Of a stretch of 64,000 bases of DNA, positions 32,741 to 41,414 are shown piece by piece. The translations under genes were made by a program, and so were the position numbers. The notes below the pieces were generated by a model. The model was not told where the DNA came from, made no database searches, and was given only the letters and a program-made list of their open reading frames with translations. Origin of the DNA: Streptosporangiaceae bacterium (GTDB lineage Bacteria; Actinomycetota; Actinomycetes; Streptosporangiales; Streptosporangiaceae); contig DASQSZ010000034.1 of NCBI GenBank assembly GCA_035642125.1, forward strand, positions 2,977 to 66,976. The letters run 5' to 3'. Each line of letters begins with the position of its first letter. Positions within the stretch are counted from its first letter, which is position 1.

Positions 32741-32977
32741 TCATCGGGCTCTGCGGCGGGCGGGCGGGCGCGGCCGCACGACACGCACCTCGGGTTGCCG
32801 CACATCGGGTTCGGGGGCCAGGTCTGTGATGGAGGCGACCTGGACCCGATGCCAGGGGATCCAGGTCTCGGTTTTGCCGTCGCGGATGTACACACCGACC
32901 TCGGTGGCCTGCACGTCCTCGTGCTCCTCGACGGCGGTCACGTCGTCGACGCCGATCAGGTCCAGCCGGTAGCTCAT
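32741..32977 (-). CDS. hypothetical protein (78 aa)
   Basis: MSYRLDLIGVDDVTAVEEHEDVQATEVGVYIRDGKTETWIPWHRV...; ATGA overlap with the upstream gene. Confidence 0.4.
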   Translation of the reverse strand: MSYRLDLIGVDDVTAVEEHEDVQATEVGVYIRDGKTETWIPWHRVQVASITDLAPEPDVRQPEVRVVRPRPPARRRAR

Positions 32978-33495
32978 GCGACCCTCCACCAGATCAGGTA
33001 GGACCCGTCGATCACGGCGGTCGCGGTCGCCGAGGAGGTGTTCTGTGCCCACTGCAACGTCACGGCTCCGGCCGTGCCGGCGGTCAGGACCCGCAGGTAC
33101 TCCCGGGCCGCGATCGACGCGCCGGACGCCGCCACCGTCCCGTACGCCCGGTCGGTGGTGAAGCCGTGCACAGCGCTGACCAGGTTTGTGTTCTCGCGGT
33201 CCGCCGAGCCTGCCGGCGGCCCCATGCACCACCGGAACCCGGTCGCCGAGGCCGGCACCGACCAGCGGGTCTTGATGTCGCCGCCGGTCGCCCCGTCCAC
33301 CCCGAGAACCGCCATCACGAAGTAGTGGGCGTTCGCCTCGGCCGGGAAGGCCAGCTCGTTGTCGTCCTGGTAGGTCGTCGAGGAGGTAACGGACTCCAGC
33401 GTCTGTTTGACGACCGAGCCGGGTTGGCGGGCGGTGAGCCGGTCGGGGGTGAGTTTCATCCCCCACCGCCAGTCCGGATAGATCAGCGTCGCCAT
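32974..33495 (-). CDS. tail-fibre-region protein, paralogue B
   Basis: Shares YPDW, STTY.DD.EL..P.EANA.Y, ATGF, DRENT..VSAVH, YGT and GS.L.WWR with the adjacent 181-aa ORF. Confidence 0.65.
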   Translation of the reverse strand: MATLIYPDWRWGMKLTPDRLTARQPGSVVKQTLESVTSSTTYQDDNELAFPAEANAHYFVMAVLGVDGATGGDIKTRWSVPASATGFRWCMGPPAGSADRENTNLVSAVHGFTTDRAYGTVAASGASIAAREYLRVLTAGTAGAVTLQWAQNTSSATATAVIDGSYLIWWRVA

Positions 33496-33498
33496 GGG

Positions 33499-34044
33499 TC
33501 ACGCCGTCCTGTTCCACACGACGAACGACCCCGCGAGGATCCGGCAGGTGTCGCCCGCCCCGGCCGGGTTGTTGCCCAGCGCGAACCGCAGGGTGGCGTC
33601 CCCCGCCGTCGAGGAGGTGGTGATGTGGTGGTGCTCGATCACCGCGGCCGCCGAGGTGAGCGAGATCGTGCCGTAGCGGCGGTCGGTGCCGGGGTTGTGC
33701 ACCGCCGACACCATGGTGGTGTTCTCCCGGTCGGAGGTGGCGGTGCCGGGATATGCGGGCCCCTGCGCGAACTTGAAGCCGGTGGCGCCGTCCGGCCAGG
33801 TGTATTCGGTGTTGATGTGCGGCTCGGACCCGCCGCCGTTGTCGACCGCGCCGATGGCCAGGCACCAGATCAGGTGATAGGAGGCGTTGGCCTCCAGTGG
33901 CACCACCAGTTCGGTGTCGTCCACGAACGTGGTGGAGTCCGTGACATCCTGATTTGCCGCCTTGACGATCATGTGGGCCTGCCCGCCGTTAAGTAGTGCG
34001 GCGGTGATCGCGTCGCCGGCCACCCAGTCCGGATAGGTCGTCAT
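33499..34044 (-). CDS. tail-fibre-region protein, paralogue A
   Basis: See paralogue B; lies immediately downstream of the 1194-aa tail protein. Confidence 0.65.
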   Translation of the reverse strand: MTTYPDWVAGDAITAALLNGGQAHMIVKAANQDVTDSTTFVDDTELVVPLEANASYHLIWCLAIGAVDNGGGSEPHINTEYTWPDGATGFKFAQGPAYPGTATSDRENTTMVSAVHNPGTDRRYGTISLTSAAAVIEHHHITTSSTAGDATLRFALGNNPAGAGDTCRILAGSFVVWNRTA

Positions 34045-34045
34045 C

Positions 34046-37000
34046 TCACACCAGCCCTATGTATGCAGGGTCGGCGACCTGCACCGACGACCCGGACGGA
34101 ATCGTCTTCACAACCCCATTCAGGGGCGTCTGCGTGACGGTGAACGTCTGCGGGCTCGTCGCGCCGGACACGGCGGTGACCTCGAGGACCACCCCGGCGA
34201 CCCGGATCCGGAAAGGGAAGTCGCCGGGATGGTCGGCCGAGTTGATCGCGACGGGGCCCGAGGTGGTCGCGACCGTCAGCCCCCATGCCGGGGTGAGCGC
34301 GATCGCCCACGTCGCGGTCTGCCCGGTGGCCTGGGAGGCGGTCAGCGTCCGGGTCGCGGCGCCGGGGTTGAGCCGCCGGCCGGAGTCGTAGACGGCGTGG
34401 GAGATGTCGAATCCGGAGCCGGCGTTGCTGCCCTGGTCGACCCGCTCCCCATCGGATGTGTCGCTGCTGGTCCAGGTGGTGGCCGCGCCGGTGAAGGCGT
34501 GCCGCTCAAACGCCGAGGTGATAAGGAACCCGGCCGGGTCGCCCACGGTGGCCGCCGCGGCGAAACCTGTGCCCGGTGTGGCGGTCCCGTCGGAGTCGAA
34601 GTCGTCGATCGGGTCGGTGGTGTAGACGCCGGAGTAGGCGCCGATCCACCCCGAGTTTTTGAACGAACTCGTCCACGACCAGTTGTAGGAGGCGGGCTCG
34701 GACGAGGCCACCCGCCAGTACGCGGCGGTGCGGACGTTCGCGCCGGCGTCCTGCGTGCCGATCAGGGTCCACCCGGCCGGGGCCGTGATCGTCTCCTGCC
34801 CGATGATGCCGATGACCGTGACCAGCAGGTGCCCGTCGGCGGTGCCGGCCGGGACGTTGACGGTGACCGAGGTGGTGCCGGCGCTGTTCAGCGTCGCCGC
34901 GTCGTCGACGAACGCGATGGTGTGGCTGTCGGCGGTGGTTTCCGCGGTGGTGGCGCCCACCCGTTTCACCTGGTCGTCGGCGGTCGCCCACTGCCACGGC
35001 GCCTCCGGCACGCAGGTCAACGTCATGGTGTGGGTGAACTGGTCGATTCGTTCGGTGTAGCCGCGCACGATCACCGAGATGTCGTCCGGCGGCAGATAGT
35101 CGGGCAGGTCGGTGATCACCACCCGGTCGCCGATGTCCATCGCCAGGATCGAGGCGAGCAAGTCCAGGTCGGCCGCGATCGACGGGTGATGCAGGTTGAT
35201 GACGATCTGCGGGTAGCGGGCGCCGTCGACCGTGCCGAGCAGCAGCCGGAACCCGGCCTGATCGGCGACCTGCTGATCGTAGGCAACCGAGATCGTTTTC
35301 TCGTCCGGGTAGCGGCCGACCCCACCGAGCCGTGGCCGCAGGTTCGACAGCTTTCCCGACGTCTTCGACTTGTACGCCTTGATCCCACGGTCGCGGATGA
35401 CGTACTGCTCGTTGACGGTCAGCCGGTCATCGTCGACCGGGCGGAGGGTTTCGGCGAGCTCGTGCGCGGCGTGCGACAAGGTGAACGCCGGGTCCTGGTT
35501 AGCCATCGACAGGCGGGTCCGGTACCGCAGGGCGAACCGGTCGCGGGACTCGGCGAGCAGCCCCAGGTCGGTGGTTTCGACCTCGGTGAGCAGCTCCGTC
35601 TCGGTCTTGATCGTCTGGTCGCCCATCACCACCGAGTTGCCGGTGATCTTCGCCTTGTCCGCGGCGATGTCGATGGGGATCTGGTCCTCGCCGCCCAGCC
35701 GCAACAACCTGGTGGCGGGGTTCTCGCCGTTGAAGGCGTTGACCGCATCCCCCACATCGTCGAGCCGCACCGTGGTGCGGTCGGACACGCAGATGTGGCC
35801 GATCACCACCTGAGCGAGGCCGCCCTCTCTGCCGACCGTGACCGAGGTGATCGTGTTGAACGTCTTCGTGGTGATCGTGCCGGACAGGTAGGACGCGGTG
35901 ATGCCGGTGCCGGTCGCCAGATCAGTGTTGGTGAAGTCGTTGATCGCCAAGAACCACTTGATCGACGTGCCGGACTGCAACAAGTGCAGCCCGAGCATCA
36001 AGAACCCGCGCGGGTTGAGGTCGAAGTTGAGTTCCGCGTCCAAGTTGCCGGCGCCGTCGTCGATCGCCACGCCGTCGTCGTCGTACGCCTTCAACCGCAG
36101 ATTGCCGTTCGCCAGCAGCCTGATGTCGAAGGTCTTCGCCGTGCCTGACGTCGTGACATGCAGCAGCGACGTCTCCGCCGCCACGGCCTCATCGACGAAA
36201 CAGAACATGTAGGCCGATGCGCTGCCGGTCGGCGTCCAACTGGGGACGCGGCCGTAGAACGACGCGCCGGTCATCACCGGCAACGCGTCGGAGCCGGTCC
36301 ACTCCGAGTAGGAGGCCAGCTGCGGTGTGCCGCTGATCCGCATCGGGAACCCCGCCACCTGGGTGGCGTTGGAGGCGATCTCGGTGGCCTCCGCGCCCAC
36401 CTCACACGACCAGTACGCCTTCACCCTGGTCAGGGACGGGTGGGTGTGGGCGCGGAACATCGCCGAGTTGACGGGCTGTTCGTTCTGCGACAGGCGCCGC
36501 CAGATCCCGGCCGCCTCGATCGTGACCGTGACGAAGTTGCCGGTGACATCGGAGACGACCGGCCATTCGGACACCTCGCCGTGGAACCGGAACGGCCCGG
36601 TGACCTGCTCGACGAACTGGGCCGCGCCGGCCAGCTGCCAGGTGTTCCCCGCCGAATCGTCGAAGGAGTCGGTTTCCTCGTCCTGCTCGGTAAATTCGGG
36701 TCTCGCGCGGATCGTGCCGCCGATCCCCTGCCGCAGCACGAACCGGTACCACTTCCCGGCCATCGGCGCGTTCCCGGAGGTGGGGATGTCGCCGAGCACC
36801 ACATCAGAGTCGGAGTCGAAAATGCTGGTGGTGCCGGAGCCTGTGACGGTGGCGCCGAGCTGCTGCCAGGGCCCGTCGCTCAACTGGTCGGAGTTCGCGG
36901 AGATGTAGAAGCGGGTGTCGTTGCCCGCCGCGCCGTTGTTCACGTCGAACGTGATTTTGATGGCGAGCCGTTCACCGTCGGCCGCCGGCACCGGGATCGT

Positions 37001-37630
37001 GGAGAACGCCGCCGTGGTGTTGGTGCCGTCGGCCGACCACACCCACTGCAAGATGCCGTCTTCGTCGATGTTGACCGCCCACGCCCGGTCGTTCCCGTCG
37101 ACGGTGTACTTGCTGGCGATGTCTTGGGCGTCCCGCCACGAATCCAGCGCGATGTCGAGGATCAGTTCGATGTCGCCGGTGATCGACAGCGAGGAAGAGT
37201 CCGGGGTGAGCACCCACGTCCCAGCAGTGCCCGGCAGATACAGATACGAGGTGGTGGTGTAGTCGATCGGGCCGCGCGACACCCTGATCGGGGTGTTGCG
37301 GTCCAGCAACCCGAAATACGGGGAGGTGGGCAGGCGCGGCGTCCATGGGTGCGGATCGAAGTTCTTCAGCGTCAACGTGAGCTTGGAGTGGTCGATCGAA
37401 TCCGATTCGGACTGCCGGCCCCGCTCGACGTTGATGCCGGACTCGTACAGCACGTAGGAGGAGATGTCGACCCACTCGCCGTCGATGAACAGCCACACCT
37501 TCGGCGCCAGCGTCAGGTTCGCCGGGACCACAGAGCCGGACGTGGGCACTGCCACGACGCCGCCGGTGCGCCGTTCCCAGCCCGCCCACCGCGGCGCGGT
37601 GCGAGCTTTCATCGGGGCGAGGGTTGGCAT
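34046..37630 (-). CDS. large minor tail protein (Dit-like N-terminus plus LamG/concanavalin-like domain)
   Basis: 1194 aa; N-terminus WLFIDGEWVDISSYV...ERGRQSESDSIDHSKLTLTLKNFD...SPYFGLLDRNTPIRV is typical of actinophage distal-tail proteins; LamG-like DIELILDIALDSW...DRAWAVNIDEDGILQWVW. Confidence 0.8.
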   Translation of the reverse strand: MPTLAPMKARTAPRWAGWERRTGGVVAVPTSGSVVPANLTLAPKVWLFIDGEWVDISSYVLYESGINVERGRQSESDSIDHSKLTLTLKNFDPHPWTPRLPTSPYFGLLDRNTPIRVSRGPIDYTTTSYLYLPGTAGTWVLTPDSSSLSITGDIELILDIALDSWRDAQDIASKYTVDGNDRAWAVNIDEDGILQWVWSADGTNTTAAFSTIPVPAADGERLAIKITFDVNNGAAGNDTRFYISANSDQLSDGPWQQLGATVTGSGTTSIFDSDSDVVLGDIPTSGNAPMAGKWYRFVLRQGIGGTIRARPEFTEQDEETDSFDDSAGNTWQLAGAAQFVEQVTGPFRFHGEVSEWPVVSDVTGNFVTVTIEAAGIWRRLSQNEQPVNSAMFRAHTHPSLTRVKAYWSCEVGAEATEIASNATQVAGFPMRISGTPQLASYSEWTGSDALPVMTGASFYGRVPSWTPTGSASAYMFCFVDEAVAAETSLLHVTTSGTAKTFDIRLLANGNLRLKAYDDDGVAIDDGAGNLDAELNFDLNPRGFLMLGLHLLQSGTSIKWFLAINDFTNTDLATGTGITASYLSGTITTKTFNTITSVTVGREGGLAQVVIGHICVSDRTTVRLDDVGDAVNAFNGENPATRLLRLGGEDQIPIDIAADKAKITGNSVVMGDQTIKTETELLTEVETTDLGLLAESRDRFALRYRTRLSMANQDPAFTLSHAAHELAETLRPVDDDRLTVNEQYVIRDRGIKAYKSKTSGKLSNLRPRLGGVGRYPDEKTISVAYDQQVADQAGFRLLLGTVDGARYPQIVINLHHPSIAADLDLLASILAMDIGDRVVITDLPDYLPPDDISVIVRGYTERIDQFTHTMTLTCVPEAPWQWATADDQVKRVGATTAETTADSHTIAFVDDAATLNSAGTTSVTVNVPAGTADGHLLVTVIGIIGQETITAPAGWTLIGTQDAGANVRTAAYWRVASSEPASYNWSWTSSFKNSGWIGAYSGVYTTDPIDDFDSDGTATPGTGFAAAATVGDPAGFLITSAFERHAFTGAATTWTSSDTSDGERVDQGSNAGSGFDISHAVYDSGRRLNPGAATRTLTASQATGQTATWAIALTPAWGLTVATTSGPVAINSADHPGDFPFRIRVAGVVLEVTAVSGATSPQTFTVTQTPLNGVVKTIPSGSSVQVADPAYIGLV

Positions 37631-38137
37631 CTACTCGTCCCAGCAGATCCAGCAGCGCATGTCGACGGCCGTGGTGGGGGTGGTGGCCCTCACCCGCAGG
37701 AAGGAGCTGACGGCGACGATGGGGCGCTCGTCGGGCATCCATTGGTAGAAGTACGTCAGCGGGGACTCGCCGGACACCGAGGACAGCGACACGGCGTCGA
37801 AAACTCTGGTCGCTGTCGTTGAGCCCTCGGCGGTGGCGGTGTAGCCGGTCGCCGCTGTGCCCAAGGTGAGCAGGGAGGCAGGTAGCCCGTTGTCGAGCGG
37901 TTGCACACCGGTCGCGGCGTGCGCGGTGACGGTTGCGGCGACGTCGGTTTGCAGCAGTTCGATGACCGCGTCCGCGCCGGGCGGGTCATCGAGGGTGTAC
38001 CCCCATGACACGAGTTGGATCTTCCGGGTCGCAGGGGTGGCCAGCTGCAGCATCGTCTTTATGGCGGTGCCGGTGGTGACGGACTGCTGAGCAGCCGTCG
38101 TCGGCATCGGGCCGTTCCACGTCTTGTACCTGTGCAT
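37631..38137 (-). CDS. minor tail protein (168 aa), function unclear
   Basis: Sits between the TMP and the large tail protein; no recognisable motif. Confidence 0.5.
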   Translation of the reverse strand: MHRYKTWNGPMPTTAAQQSVTTGTAIKTMLQLATPATRKIQLVSWGYTLDDPPGADAVIELLQTDVAATVTAHAATGVQPLDNGLPASLLTLGTAATGYTATAEGSTTATRVFDAVSLSSVSGESPLTYFYQWMPDERPIVAVSSFLRVRATTPTTAVDMRCWICWDE

Positions 38138-39937
38138 TTACGCTCCCAGTGCCTTCTGTGCGCTGTTGGGGCCCCTGCCGCCCCTGATCCGTACGTTCTC
38201 CTTGACCCACTGCCAAAGGATCCGTTCCAGGTCGCTGCCGGACCCGCCGCGGAACTCCAGCACGAGATGCCCGCCGGGCCCGCCGCCCTGGGCGAGCATC
38301 CGGCGCGTGTCGGGGTTGGAATGCACCGTCGACCCGGGCGCCAGGTCCACCAGCTCGGGCCCCTGCTCACCGACGAGGGTCATGCGGGACCGCGGCCCGC
38401 CGCCTTGGGCGCCGATGATCCCGCCCATCGCGCGCGGCCCGCCCGGGCCATGCTCAAACCCAGGCGCGTAGTAGTTCCGGTAGTGGACGTTCACACCCAC
38501 GTTCCGGTCGTGGATGGAAGCCAGTTTCCGTTTCAGGTTCGCTATCTGGTGTTCCGCCGCGCGGGTATTAGCCCTGATGGTGACGGTCTTCCGCGACGGG
38601 ATCAGCCCGATCTGCCGGGCCAGCGCAGCCGCCGCCTTCCTGGTCATCCCGGCGCCGGTGGCCGCCCGGATGAACGCCCGGTAGCCGCGGTTCATTGCCG
38701 CCGAGGAATCGGCGCCCGACTTTTTGGCGGCGTCCGCGGCCCGCAAAGCCTCGGCGCCGATGGCGAACAGCGCCCGCCGGTTATCGCGGCCCTTTTGCGT
38801 GTTCTTGTCGAGAGTCCGGCCGTTCTCCTTGATCGCCTTGCTGGCGTCGTCAATCGATTGTTCAAGCGCGATCTCGGCGTTGTACGAGGCCAGAACGGCG
38901 TTATGCCACTCCCGCATCTTGTTGGCGGCCGCCTGCGTCGCGTCCCCCAGCTTGCGGAACCCGTCAGCGGCATCCTCGCTCTTGTCCTTGACCTCGACGA
39001 GTTCCTTCTTGACCGGGTCCCACTCGTACTTCTTCTTGAACGCCTCCCGCGTCCCCAGCTTGTCCCACGCCGAACCGATCTTCTCCAACGCGACAACCGT
39101 GGTCCCGGCCGCTGTGACGATGTTGTTCAGCACGGTCAGCAACGCGTCGAACGCACGGGGGTCGGCGTTCTCAGCCATCCGCGCGAACTGATCCCCCACG
39201 TTGTTGATCATTCCGGGGAGTCGGGCGGACAGCACTCCCATCAGCGGGCCGAACGCCTTGACGATCCGGTCGATAAACGGACCCATGTTGCCGATGCTTC
39301 CGAGCAGCACCCGGCCGAACTGCTCAACAGCCGGCGCCACCGAGTGGAACGCGGCCTGGATGTGCGGCGCGAGCTTGTCGAACGTGTCGGCCGCCCGCCC
39401 GGCCAGCCGGATCAGCACGCCCTCGAACGGTCCGGCCATGGATTTGAGGCTGCCCATGACATGGTCCGTCAGGCCGGTGAACGACGTCTTGACCTTGTCG
39501 TTTTGTGCGGCGACGGCGACGCCGAGCCCGGCGATACCGGCTCCGACCCCGAGCGCGATCCCGGCGCCCGCCGCCGTGGCGATCATCGGCAGCGCGGCTA
39601 CCGCGGCGCCGAGCAGCCCGACCGCGGCGACCGGGCCACCCGCCCCCACGATCGAGGCGCCGATGTTCCCGAACGCCGACACCATCCCGGCCGCGGTTTT
39701 CCCGACCGTCTTGCCGACGCCTTCCGCCTCGTCGCCGAGACTGGTGAACCGGCCGCGGGCGTCCCGCAACCGGCCATCGGCGTCGCGGAAAGCGTGCCCT
39801 ATCTCCTGGCCGAGTTCGCCGATGTCCTTGCTGGTGCGCTGCGCGGCGTCGCCGAGGTCGTCGACGCGGTCCTTGGCCTTGTCGATGTCCTTGGACCGGT
39901 CGGTGACCTTGACGGTGATCTGGACCTCATTCGCCAT
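38138..39937 (-). CDS. tape measure protein
   Basis: 599 aa; coiled-coil N-terminus, Gly/Ala-rich TM-like segments (GAGGPVAAVGLLGAAVAALPMIATAAGAGIALGVGAGIAGLGV); located after the G/GT chaperones. Confidence 0.9.
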   Translation of the reverse strand: MANEVQITVKVTDRSKDIDKAKDRVDDLGDAAQRTSKDIGELGQEIGHAFRDADGRLRDARGRFTSLGDEAEGVGKTVGKTAAGMVSAFGNIGASIVGAGGPVAAVGLLGAAVAALPMIATAAGAGIALGVGAGIAGLGVAVAAQNDKVKTSFTGLTDHVMGSLKSMAGPFEGVLIRLAGRAADTFDKLAPHIQAAFHSVAPAVEQFGRVLLGSIGNMGPFIDRIVKAFGPLMGVLSARLPGMINNVGDQFARMAENADPRAFDALLTVLNNIVTAAGTTVVALEKIGSAWDKLGTREAFKKKYEWDPVKKELVEVKDKSEDAADGFRKLGDATQAAANKMREWHNAVLASYNAEIALEQSIDDASKAIKENGRTLDKNTQKGRDNRRALFAIGAEALRAADAAKKSGADSSAAMNRGYRAFIRAATGAGMTRKAAAALARQIGLIPSRKTVTIRANTRAAEHQIANLKRKLASIHDRNVGVNVHYRNYYAPGFEHGPGGPRAMGGIIGAQGGGPRSRMTLVGEQGPELVDLAPGSTVHSNPDTRRMLAQGGGPGGHLVLEFRGGSGSDLERILWQWVKENVRIRGGRGPNSAQKALGA

Positions 39938-40537
39938 ACGGCACCTCGAAGGGCAGGTCGTCTGGCGTGGCCTGTTCCTGGGGTGTGCCGAGACGCTCGA
40001 TGGTGAGCAGCCGCAGCAGCCTCTCCGCCCGTTGGCTGAGGATCTCGTCCGGCGTCTTCTTCCACCGGTCGCACAGGCCCAGGATCATTTCGGTCTCTTC
40101 TAGCTCTGGGGGCTTGTCGACAGTGCTTCCATCGGCAAACTGGCCTCCGGGAACCTCTCGCCAGAGGGCGAGTCTTTTCCCAGGTCAGAGTCCTCAGTGA
40201 CGCCGCCGCCCATGGCGTTCACCCAGGCCAAACCGACCGGGATCATGAACGTGACGTCTTGGGCGAACACGGCGTCCTTGGTGGTGGGGACCGGGGTGCC
40301 GTCCTCCTCTTCGACGTTCCAGGCGACGAGCGCACCGGCGAATGCCTCGTACAGTCCCCGGATGGCCTGCGCGTCCTGATCGGTCCAAGCACGCTTAGGC
40401 AGGTCGGCGAGCCGCCGCGCCCCGAGAACGGCCAGGTACTCCCCGAGCGACACGGACCGGACCCGGACTTCGAGGCCCTGCAGCATCTTGGTGTCGAAGT
40501 CCATGTCGTAAATGGCGCGAGTTGGCGTGAATCCCAT
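39927..40537 (-). CDS. tail assembly chaperone GT-like product via predicted -1 frameshift
   Basis: The -1 frame after GGGAAAA stays open for 82 codons (RLALWREVPGG...DDLPFEVPYGE) and ends in TGA overlapping the TMP ATG. Confidence 0.55.
40100..40537 (-). CDS. tail assembly chaperone (G-like)
   Basis: 145 aa starting MGFTPTRAIYDM; lies between the tube gene and the TMP; contains slippery heptamer GGGAAAA near its 3' end. Confidence 0.7.
   Translation of the reverse strand: MGFTPTRAIYDMDFDTKMLQGLEVRVRSVSLGEYLAVLGARRLADLPKRAWTDQDAQAIRGLYEAFAGALVAWNVEEEDGTPVPTTKDAVFAQDVTFMIPVGLAWVNAMGGGVTEDSDLGKDSPSGERFPEASLPMEALSTSPQS
40174..40180 (-). other. candidate -1 programmed ribosomal frameshift heptamer G GGA AAA
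   Basis: X XXY YYZ pattern sits in the zero frame of the G-like ORF (CTG GGA AAA GAC). Confidence 0.5.
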
Positions 40538-40550
40538 GACCGGCCCCGCC

Positions 40551-40973
40551 TTAGCTGTTCGTCCAAGTTGGAACCGCGCCATCGCTGAGCACTCCAGGCG
40601 CCTGAAACGTGAGGGCGCCAGAGTCGGCCCGGGACACCTGGTAGTCGGTGTACAGCGCCTCACACTGCAGGTACGGGGTCGCCGAGCTGGTCGGCTGGAT
40701 CTTCGTGGTGCGCGCCACCGATGTGGAGGAAACCGAGGAGAACACGGCGTGCGCCCCCACACTGGCGGTGGTGTCGAACACACCGGAGAACGTGCAGGAG
40801 AAGTCGGCCAGCAGCAGCAGCCGCTCCATCGCGGACTTATCGACGCCGGTGGTGTCTTGGACGCCGCGGGGGGTGGCGAACTCGAAGTTGGTTTCGGAGT
40901 TGGAGACGACGCGGGCGGTGCCGCCGGAGTCGTCCACCGTGATCGCGGCCCCAAGGCCGGACACTTTCGCCAT
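40551..40973 (-). CDS. tail-tube-like protein (140 aa), short paralogue of the 248-aa tube protein
   Basis: MAKVSGLGAAITVDDSGGT..VSN...GVD...ERL aligns with MGKESGLGDNFYSGGYDLSGDT..LSN...GID...ERI of ORF 41414..42160. Confidence 0.6.
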   Translation of the reverse strand: MAKVSGLGAAITVDDSGGTARVVSNSETNFEFATPRGVQDTTGVDKSAMERLLLLADFSCTFSGVFDTTASVGAHAVFSSVSSTSVARTTKIQPTSSATPYLQCEALYTDYQVSRADSGALTFQAPGVLSDGAVPTWTNS

Positions 40974-40976
40974 GGT

Positions 40977-41414
40977 CTATCCCTTCTGGATTCGGTCGGC
41001 AATGGCCTGCTGGTGAAGGGCGAAGTCCTCAACCCAGTCCGCTGGCCGCTGGTGGGCACGGATCAGGCCGAGGTTCCGCCGCCAGTCACCGGCCCGGACG
41101 GAAAAGAAATTCGGGATCGTGCGGTGCTCGCCGAAACAGCGCTGGCCGCTGTCGAACCGGAACACGGTGACGCCGGCCTCAGTGCGGCGCTCGGAGAAGG
41201 TGCGGCCCGAACGTTGCCGGATGTAGGCGGCCTGCCCTCGGCCGAGGGGGGTGGATTCGTCGATGTGGGATTCCCAGCCGAGCCGGTACGCCTCGCAGCC
41301 GACCATCTGGCAGGCGCCCTTGATGAGAGTGTCCTTGCCGAACAAGATCCGGTAGCTCTTGTACTGGTGCACCTCGCCGTGCGGCTGCACCCGGAACACC
41401 GGCGGATAGATCAT
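40977..41414 (-). CDS. hypothetical Cys-containing protein (145 aa) inside the tail module
   Basis: MIYPPVFRVQPHGEVHQYKSY...CQMVGCEAY...GQRCFGEHRT; ATGA overlap upstream; GC slightly lower than flanks. Confidence 0.5.
   Translation of the reverse strand: MIYPPVFRVQPHGEVHQYKSYRILFGKDTLIKGACQMVGCEAYRLGWESHIDESTPLGRGQAAYIRQRSGRTFSERRTEAGVTVFRFDSGQRCFGEHRTIPNFFSVRAGDWRRNLGLIRAHQRPADWVEDFALHQQAIADRIQKG

Noticed and set aside
34229-36148. 639-aa plus-strand ORF (also 36158..37822 +, 38015..40006 +, 48742..50769 +, 57007..58419 -) inside the virion and replication genes
   Set aside because: It lies antisense or out of frame to the tail protein, TMP, portal and DUF3987 genes, which have clear motifs and operon logic. 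The composition is Arg/Gly/Pro/Asp-rich noise.
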